42,218 bases of DNA from a virus. The notes under the pieces were generated by a model. It made no database searches and had not been told where the DNA came from. It was given only the letters and a program-made list of their open reading frames with translations. Made by a program: the position numbers and the translations under genes. Of this stretch, positions 32,856 through 40,012 are shown in pieces. Within the stretch, counting starts at the first letter, position 1, and the number at the start of each line of letters is the position of its first letter. The stretch lies in the IMG/VR virus record IMGVR_UViG_3300045988_051752. One strand, given 5' to 3'.

Positions 32856-33551
32856 ATGAACATTTTATTAAAAAACCAGAAAATAATGACAGCAACATGC
32901 TATCAAGACGGTGCAAACAGAGTGGGAATTACATTTGATGAGGATATGCCGGATGCTACAGACTTAATTGGATTTAAACTGCTAAGGAAAAGCGGGGAAC
33001 TTCTTTTTGATGGAACAGGATATGACACCATTTATCGAACAATCGAAAATGGCTACATCCTATCCAATGATAGCAGTGTGTACGTGCCACCTGCAGAACC
33101 AGAACAAGAGCCGGTCTACGAGCCTACTCTCGATGAGCTTAAGACAGCCAAAAAGCAGGAAGTGAGTGCTGCCTGTGAGCAGACTATTACGAAAGGTATT
33201 GATGTGCAGCTTCCGGGCGGCGTGGAGCATTTTTCTTTGACGGCCAATGACCAGATTAACCTGATCGGGAGCCAAGCCGCGGTTACTGCCGGTGAGCAGC
33301 AGATCGCGTATCATGAGGATGGCAAACCATGCCGGTATTACACCCCGGAAGAGATTGGTCTTATCGTGCAGCAGACCATGTTTTGGATAGGGTATCACCG
33401 GACATATTGTAACAGTATCAACATGTGGATCCAGGCTGCAGCTGACAAAGATGTCCTGCAGGAGATTTATTATGGCGCGGATGTGCCCGCAGAGCATCAG
33501 TCAGAAGTGTTAAAAGATTATCTGACCAAGATTGCGGCAAGCGCAAAATAA
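32856..33551 (+). CDS. DUF4376-like protein (fibre-associated), 231 aa
   Basis: ATG at 32856 after AAGGAGA. The C-terminal half LDELKTAKKQEVSAACEQTITKGIDV...HFSLTANDQINL...YHEDGKPCRYYTPEE matches DUF4376 from memory. Confidence 0.55.
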   Translation: MNILLKNQKIMTATCYQDGANRVGITFDEDMPDATDLIGFKLLRKSGELLFDGTGYDTIYRTIENGYILSNDSSVYVPPAEPEQEPVYEPTLDELKTAKKQEVSAACEQTITKGIDVQLPGGVEHFSLTANDQINLIGSQAAVTAGEQQIAYHEDGKPCRYYTPEEIGLIVQQTMFWIGYHRTYCNSINMWIQAAADKDVLQEIYYGADVPAEHQSEVLKDYLTKIAASAK

Positions 33552-33564
33552 GGGAGAGAACGAA

Positions 33565-34002
33565 ATGAGATGGTATGTAGAAGAGCTGATATTGTCGTGG
33601 ATAGGCGGAGCAATATACATAGCATTGGAAATGATTTGGAGAGGGAGAACGCACTGGACGATGTTCTTTCTGGGAGGACTGTGCTTTGTGTTGATCGGTT
33701 TGATCAATGAGATGATACCATGGTGCATGCCACTCTGGCAGCAGGCACTCATCGGGACTGGGATTATCACATCATTGGAATTTGTGACAGGCTGCATTGT
33801 CAATCTGGCACTGGGATGGAACGTGTGGGACTACAGCGAGATGCCGGGGAACGTCCTGGGACAGATATGCCCGCAGTATACGGCGTTATGGATCCCGGTA
33901 TCACTGGCGGGGATATTCACGGACGATTATTTAAAATTCGGAATTTGGGGAAGAGAAAAACCACATTATTGCATGTGGAAGCACAAGACAGCAGAAAGTT
34001 AA
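33565..34002 (+). CDS. Polytopic membrane protein, 'putative ABC-transporter type IV' (DUF1113)-like, 145 aa
   Basis: ATG at 33565 after AGGGAGAG. Four hydrophobic segments. Motifs EMIWRGRTHWTMFFLGG, ITSLEFVTGCIVN and NVWDYSEMPGNVLGQICPQY. Confidence 0.6.
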   Translation: MRWYVEELILSWIGGAIYIALEMIWRGRTHWTMFFLGGLCFVLIGLINEMIPWCMPLWQQALIGTGIITSLEFVTGCIVNLALGWNVWDYSEMPGNVLGQICPQYTALWIPVSLAGIFTDDYLKFGIWGREKPHYCMWKHKTAES

Positions 34003-34060
34003 TAAAAAGAAACTTACAAGAAAGAGACGTTTTACCAATATGGTCCAGAAAGGAGAAAAC

Positions 34061-34327
34061 ATGATTTTTACAAGAAAACCGACAACGGCAGGAACGAAAA
34101 TCAAAATGGAATTTCCTGTAGAGGGAACACGATTCCTTGTGAAGAATCTGACGGAGGGCGACATTTACGCAGCCGTGAAAGATGTGGAAGACAAAGACAT
34201 GTGCGTATTAATACCGGAAAACACAGCACAGGTGATAGAATCAAAACTTGCACCGAGCAAAGTTATCACAATTATCCCGGACGAGACATCCGAGAAGGGG
34301 GTTGAAGCACAGTGCTTGAAGTGGTAG
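34061..34327 (+). CDS. Hypothetical protein, 88 aa
   Basis: ATG at 34061 directly after AAAGGAGAAAAC. Confidence 0.6.
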   Translation: MIFTRKPTTAGTKIKMEFPVEGTRFLVKNLTEGDIYAAVKDVEDKDMCVLIPENTAQVIESKLAPSKVITIIPDETSEKGVEAQCLKW

Positions 34328-35925
34328 GGCAAGATATCATTTCGGGAAACATGGGATTTATTGGCACAGATCCAGATAGGCTGTATCGCATGGGGGCAGC
34401 AGAGAAAACGGAAGATGTCACTGTCACTGGAAATCCTGCCGTTCTGGACAATGCCACGGGAAAACCGTTCAAGGATTTACACATCTACGGCCGGAGCGAG
34501 CAGGTGACAACCACAGGGGCGCAGCTACTGGATTTAGATGCAATAGAATTAAGACAAGGAACCGGGGCGACGATTGAACGGTTGGATGATGGTGGATTTT
34601 TGGTGAACGGAACACCGGAAAGAGCATATGAGCAATACATAAGGACATTTCAACTTGATCTTGAACCTGGAACGTATTATATCAGCGGCGGAAAATTTTC
34701 AACAGGGTGTGCTGTCGCGCAGGTAAATGTCGTAAATGCAGATGACACAAAAGCAAATTATGGAAACAAAAAGTTTGACGTCCTTGGAACAGAAAAAGAC
34801 ATTTTTCTTGTTATTCAATCAATAAATACCGATAAAATCGATAATTACAAGGTATACCCTATGCTGAGTAAGGGTTCTGCCGCCTTGCCATTTGAGCCAT
34901 ACACAGGCGGCAAGCCGTCTCCATCACCCGATTACCCGCAGGAGATTGTGAGTGCGGATACTCTGGTAATAATACAGGGAAAGAACCTGTGGCACGGTGA
35001 AGATTTTGAGGTTTTAGTTGGACATAGCCCTACTGGTTTTGCGTTTGCACCACAGGATTTAGCAGATAAAGTAAAAGCATTGCCAAACGATACATACTCG
35101 TTTTCATATAAACCAATAGGAAGCGGAAATGCAGGAACAAACATCGGGAAAGTATCACTTATCCAAGAAGATGGCTCGCAGATTGATCTTGGAGAAACGA
35201 TAACTCTTACGAACGAGGTAAGAAATAAAATTGCAAAAATTGGTGTTTATGGTTATTTGGATCAAACTAATAAAATTACAAAATTACAAATTGAAAGATC
35301 ACACGAACCTACAGACTATGAACCATATCGTATTCCACAGATCTTCACGATATCCGCAAATCTGCCTGGCATTCCAGTAGACAGTGGCGGAAACTACACA
35401 GATGAGCAGGGGCAGCAGTGGATCTGCGATGAGGTAGATCTCGGACGGGGAGTGTATGTGAAGAGGGTATACACTGTTGACGTTGATGGCGCAAATGTGT
35501 ATTTTTCACAGTATGAAGATTTTTGCAATATGTCTTTGAGAATGCTTCCGATGTGCAAATATGCAAGCGATTTAGGCCAAGAAACTTTAGCTAAAAGTAC
35601 ATTTACATCGGAAAAATGGAAGTTTAACGATACTGAGCGATTTTTATATATTTTAAAGGGTGATTATGCAGAAATTCTTAACGAATCCTGCAAAAAACAT
35701 CCCGGTGAAGTGATTTATGCTCTTGCAACCCCCATCGAAACCCCTCTCACTGCCGCTGAGATTGCGGCCTACAAGTCCTTGCGAACTTACAGAGGCACTA
35801 CGATTGTGGAGGCGGAAGATAAGGCGGGGATATCAGTAACTTATAAGCGCAATGCAAAGACAGGCAATATTTCGGCAGAGAAAAAAATAGAGAAAAGCGA
35901 AAAGAAGGAATACGATGAAAGTTAA
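34312..35925 (+). CDS. Tail fibre / receptor-binding-like structural protein, 537 aa (start uncertain)
   Basis: N-terminal KDLHIYGRSEQVTTTGAQLLDL resembles the conserved fibre N-termini of Firmicutes phages. Large beta-rich sequence. GTG at 34312 overlaps the upstream stop. Confidence 0.5.
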   Translation: MLEVVGQDIISGNMGFIGTDPDRLYRMGAAEKTEDVTVTGNPAVLDNATGKPFKDLHIYGRSEQVTTTGAQLLDLDAIELRQGTGATIERLDDGGFLVNGTPERAYEQYIRTFQLDLEPGTYYISGGKFSTGCAVAQVNVVNADDTKANYGNKKFDVLGTEKDIFLVIQSINTDKIDNYKVYPMLSKGSAALPFEPYTGGKPSPSPDYPQEIVSADTLVIIQGKNLWHGEDFEVLVGHSPTGFAFAPQDLADKVKALPNDTYSFSYKPIGSGNAGTNIGKVSLIQEDGSQIDLGETITLTNEVRNKIAKIGVYGYLDQTNKITKLQIERSHEPTDYEPYRIPQIFTISANLPGIPVDSGGNYTDEQGQQWICDEVDLGRGVYVKRVYTVDVDGANVYFSQYEDFCNMSLRMLPMCKYASDLGQETLAKSTFTSEKWKFNDTERFLYILKGDYAEILNESCKKHPGEVIYALATPIETPLTAAEIAAYKSLRTYRGTTIVEAEDKAGISVTYKRNAKTGNISAEKKIEKSEKKEYDES

Positions 35926-36292
35926 GGATGCAATAGAAAAGACAAATCAACTGAAAGCAAACGTATACAGCGAAGAAAACATGTCAGAGTGGCTGTCGGA
36001 ACTGGAAAACTATGCCATCGAGAGCGTATTTAACCGGGCGGAAGGAAACAACTTTCCGCTGGTGAAATATTCCTACGAAGACGACGAAGAAAAAGAGTTG
36101 ATGATACCGGATCCTTATTCGGAGATCTATATTTACTATCTTGCAGCAAAAATCGACTATTGGAACAAGGAACTGGATTCCTACAACAACAACATGAGCA
36201 TGTACAATGCATCATACAGTAGCTTTGCGGCAAAATACCGGAGGGAACACATGCCGAAGCAGACAAAGCGCCCGCCGGTATTTTTGCATTAA
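35915..36292 (+). CDS. Hypothetical virion protein, 125 aa
   Basis: Overlaps the upstream gene end. No motif recognised. Confidence 0.6.
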   Translation: MKVKDAIEKTNQLKANVYSEENMSEWLSELENYAIESVFNRAEGNNFPLVKYSYEDDEEKELMIPDPYSEIYIYYLAAKIDYWNKELDSYNNNMSMYNASYSSFAAKYRREHMPKQTKRPPVFLH

Positions 36293-36301
36293 GGAGGATA
36301 T

Positions 36302-37891
36302 ATGGAGACACTGCCAAGCCTTACGGCATCTTCAAGGACGGTGCAGTCAGTATCTGATTTCAGGGGATACAACCACAACCTGGTAATTGACGATAACCAA
36401 TTTTACGACATGAGAAACCTGTCGCTGGATGAATACCCGGTACTGACGCAGCGCCAGCCACGCGGAACAATAAAAAAACTGAATAAACCAAATGGATTGT
36501 TCGCGAAAAACAAGATCGTATATGTAGATGGGACAAATTTTTATTACGGAGATGAACTGATAGCGCAGGTGACGGACAGCAAAAAGCAGTTTGCATCTAT
36601 GGGAGCCTATATCCTGGTATGGCCGGATAAGATCATGTACAACACGTTCGATGGCACAATCACAAAACTGGAGAACAAAACGGAATTTACAGGGACGGTA
36701 AAGATCGAAAAGGCCAATATCTCAGATTCCCAGCAGACAACAACGGACTACACATCGTATGTAAGGATCACTGCAACGGGAATAGGAAAAGGGTTCAAGC
36801 AGTACGACGGTGTATCCATATCCGGAATCTCACAGGAAGATCTGAATGCAACGAAAGTGCTCTGGGAAGTGGCAGATGATTCTGTGCTGGTGGTTGGATC
36901 CGTAGAAAAGACGATAGTAGAACAGATGACGATCACCCTAGAAAGAAAAGTGCCGGACATGGAATTTTTCACGGAATCAGAAAACCGGTTATGGGGATGC
37001 TCTTCGAAGAATCATGAATTATACGCATGCAAAATCGGGGACCCGACAAACTGGAACGCTTTTGAAAACCTGTCAACGGATTCCTATGCGGTAACGATTG
37101 GCTCAGACGGGGACTTCACGGGAGCGGCAACGTACATGGGATACGTCCTGTTCTTCAAGGAGGACACAATCCACACGGTCATGGGAAACAAACCGGCCAA
37201 CTATCAGGTGCAGGGATCCAAGGGAAGAGGAATAGAGAAAGGATCGGAGCTTTCACCGGTGATTGTAAACGAGACGCTATATTACAAGGCAAGAACCGGA
37301 ATCGTAGCGTACCAGGGAACGTCAGCAACATCCATAGCTTCAGACATGGGAACGGTACAATACAAAGATGCTGTGGCAGGGTATCTGGGAAACAAATATT
37401 ACTGCTCCATGAAACAGGGAGAAAAATATTATCTGTTCTGCTACGATGAAAGTAAGGGGATGTGGACAAAGGAAGATGAGACGCAGGCGCTCTTCATGGC
37501 AACACTGGGAAACAACCTGTACTACATAGATGCAGAAGGGTATTTAAAAACCATCACAGGAGAGGATAACGAGAACATCCAGTGGGAAGCAATCTCGGGA
37601 GAGATCATGATGGCATACAACAGAAAATACCTGTGCAAGATCAATATCCGGGCTACGCTGGAAGAAAGAGCCACACTGGAGGCCTGGGTGCAGTACGACA
37701 ATGAAAAAATCTGGATCAGGGTGGCAACGATCACAGCCAAAAAGCACAGGGCCTATGATATTCCGGTCATGCCGCACCGGTGCGATCGGTTAAGGGTAAA
37801 ATTATCCGGGCGCGGGAAAAGTTGGATATATGGAATAGACAAGCAATTTGAGATGGGAAGTGATGTATGTGTCAACATGGGGCGGCATTGA
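36302..37891 (+). CDS. Large structural protein, 529 aa (tail hub/nozzle candidate)
   Basis: RBS AAGGAGG. Beta-rich repetitive pattern. The call rests on position only. Confidence 0.6.
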   Translation: METLPSLTASSRTVQSVSDFRGYNHNLVIDDNQFYDMRNLSLDEYPVLTQRQPRGTIKKLNKPNGLFAKNKIVYVDGTNFYYGDELIAQVTDSKKQFASMGAYILVWPDKIMYNTFDGTITKLENKTEFTGTVKIEKANISDSQQTTTDYTSYVRITATGIGKGFKQYDGVSISGISQEDLNATKVLWEVADDSVLVVGSVEKTIVEQMTITLERKVPDMEFFTESENRLWGCSSKNHELYACKIGDPTNWNAFENLSTDSYAVTIGSDGDFTGAATYMGYVLFFKEDTIHTVMGNKPANYQVQGSKGRGIEKGSELSPVIVNETLYYKARTGIVAYQGTSATSIASDMGTVQYKDAVAGYLGNKYYCSMKQGEKYYLFCYDESKGMWTKEDETQALFMATLGNNLYYIDAEGYLKTITGEDNENIQWEAISGEIMMAYNRKYLCKINIRATLEERATLEAWVQYDNEKIWIRVATITAKKHRAYDIPVMPHRCDRLRVKLSGRGKSWIYGIDKQFEMGSDVCVNMGRH

Positions 37892-38783
37892 CATACCGAA
37901 TATAAAATCAGATGACCTGCTGAACGAAAAAAAGATAAGCATGATAATGCAGCAGCTACAGCTGATTGACAGAAACATAAGGTTTGCAATGTACAATCTG
38001 GATCCGGAAGAGAATTTTGACAAAGCAGCGCTTGCCTCATACAACGGGCTGAAATCAGAAGTAAAGAAGCTGGGAAAGGATGGGACGGAATACAGAACAC
38101 TCATCGAGCAGACGGAAGAAAAGATAAGGCTGGAAGCGGAGCGGGCATCGGCAGCAGAAGGGAAACTAAGTGCAGCCCTGGAAGTGACCGCAGAGGGGAT
38201 AGCATCCAAGGTGTCAAAGGACGGGATCATATCAGCAATAAACCAGTCGGCAGAACAGGTATTAATACAGGCGCAGAAAATAAATCTGGACGGAGAACTG
38301 ACAGCGGGAGAAAACTTCCGTCTGAACATCAACACAAACACAAAACTATATGACGTCCTGGGGCTGAATTACAAAGATGGAGTGCACACGTTAATGACAG
38401 GCATTAAGCCGGGAGACGTTGCGGTACATTTCGACGACATTGCAGCAAGCATGAGCACGGACGGGTTTGCCTTTTCGAAGGACGATGGGACAATAGATGC
38501 ATTGTACGGGAAAAACGCATACACGAAAGGATACGGAGATTTCAGAGGGGGAATATTTGTAGGTTCCGGGTCGGGACTGGCAACAAGGTACGGGGACAAG
38601 ATGATAATTCAGGATTATGCAAATGGGAATGTAGCAGTCAATGCGGCGGGAGATACACTGCACATAGGAATGAGCAATACAAACGAGGTATCAATAGAAA
38701 AGCCAACGACAGTATTCGGAGACCTGACCGTATACGGAGTTATAAGATACAGGGATTCTGAAATAATAGAGCAGGAGGGATAA
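37863..38783 (+). CDS. Fibre-like minor structural protein, 306 aa
   Basis: Coiled-coil region followed by DGIISAINQSAEQVLIQAQKINLDGE, which is typical of phage minor structural/fibre proteins. ATG at 37863 (alternative TTG at 37848). Confidence 0.6.
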   Translation: MYVSTWGGIDIPNIKSDDLLNEKKISMIMQQLQLIDRNIRFAMYNLDPEENFDKAALASYNGLKSEVKKLGKDGTEYRTLIEQTEEKIRLEAERASAAEGKLSAALEVTAEGIASKVSKDGIISAINQSAEQVLIQAQKINLDGELTAGENFRLNINTNTKLYDVLGLNYKDGVHTLMTGIKPGDVAVHFDDIAASMSTDGFAFSKDDGTIDALYGKNAYTKGYGDFRGGIFVGSGSGLATRYGDKMIIQDYANGNVAVNAAGDTLHIGMSNTNEVSIEKPTTVFGDLTVYGVIRYRDSEIIEQEG

Positions 38784-38784
38784 C

Positions 38785-40002
38785 GTGGCGACATATCAGA
38801 TCAAGAAAGGAGATACACTTTCAGGAATTGCGAAGCAGTACGGCGTATCGGTGGGAGATATTGCCTCTGCCAACGGAATCAGCAACCCGAACAAAATAAG
38901 CGCAGGGGCAACACTGACGATCCCTGGGGGTGGCGGGGCAGCGAGCACATCATCAAGCAGTGCATCATATTCTTCTTCATCATCAGGCGGGAGGCCGGCA
39001 TACGCGCCGTCAGACCGAACAAATGAAGCTTATGAGAAATATCAGACAGCACAGAACAACAAGCCGAATGCATACCAGGAATCCCAGACACTGGGAGACT
39101 TAAGGAAGCAGTTAGAAGATTTTGAAACAAAGAAACCGGGAGATTATCAGAGTGCATACAAAACGCAGATAGATGATATTCTGGGTCAGATCTTAGGCAA
39201 AGGGGACTTTAACTGGGATCCGAACAAAGACCAACTCTACCAGTCCATGGCAGACCAATACAGGGTAAAAGGAAACAAAGCCATGAGGGATACCATGGGA
39301 AGTGCAGCAGCCATGACGGGAGGGTATGGATCTTCCTACGCGACAACAGCGGGGCAGCAGGCGTATGACGACTACATGCAGCAGTGGGCAGATCGGGCAA
39401 CGGACTACTACAACATGGCCTTACAGCAGTACAACAGCGAAATGAACAATCTAAACAACAAAATGTCAGCACTTCGGACGGCGGATGACACGGACTACGG
39501 AAGATACCGCGACACGGTAAATGACTGGTACACAGACAGAAATTACCTAACAGACAAGGTAAATACCCAGTACGACAACGAATACGGGCAGTACCGGGAT
39601 ACGGTAAGCGATTATTACAATGACCTGGAAGCGGCAAGAGCGCTGTATCAGCAGCTGTACGGGGAGGATTGGGACAAGTACCAGTCAGATCTCAGCCAGT
39701 ACAACACAGACAGAAACTATGATTTTGAAGTAGCACAGGCAGACAGAGAATATCAGCTAGCCCTGAAAAAGCTTGCGGCATCAGGAAGCGGATCATCTAA
39801 AAGCACACCCAAAAAAGGAGAGAAGATTACATACAATGAAGCAATAATGGGGGCAAGCAGAAAAGGGACAAGCAAATCGGCGCAGCTAAACTATGCAAAT
39901 AAATTGCTGGATAATGGAAATGTGTCGGATTCTGATTATACAAAACTTCTAAACCAAATCATAGGAGGATATGCACCGGGATATACAAAGACAAAGAAAT
40001 AA
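38785..40002 (+). CDS. LysM-domain protein with a Ser-rich linker and a Y/D/N/Q-rich repeat domain, 405 aa
   Basis: GTG after GGAGGGA. LysM segment YQIKKGDTLSGIAKQYGVSVGDIASANGISNPNKISAGATLTIPG. Repeated YG.YRDTV.D.Y motif. Confidence 0.8.
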   Translation: MATYQIKKGDTLSGIAKQYGVSVGDIASANGISNPNKISAGATLTIPGGGGAASTSSSSASYSSSSSGGRPAYAPSDRTNEAYEKYQTAQNNKPNAYQESQTLGDLRKQLEDFETKKPGDYQSAYKTQIDDILGQILGKGDFNWDPNKDQLYQSMADQYRVKGNKAMRDTMGSAAAMTGGYGSSYATTAGQQAYDDYMQQWADRATDYYNMALQQYNSEMNNLNNKMSALRTADDTDYGRYRDTVNDWYTDRNYLTDKVNTQYDNEYGQYRDTVSDYYNDLEAARALYQQLYGEDWDKYQSDLSQYNTDRNYDFEVAQADREYQLALKKLAASGSGSSKSTPKKGEKITYNEAIMGASRKGTSKSAQLNYANKLLDNGNVSDSDYTKLLNQIIGGYAPGYTKTKK

Positions 40003-40012
40003 GGAGGAGAAC

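Noticed and set aside
31927-32916. A 329-aa minus-strand ORF (Pro/Ser/Gly/Phe-rich) opposite the collagen-like gene
   Set aside because: It is the complement of a G-X-Y repeat and of the fibre gene. The sense-strand product has a clean collagen tract and an RBS; the antisense ORF has neither.
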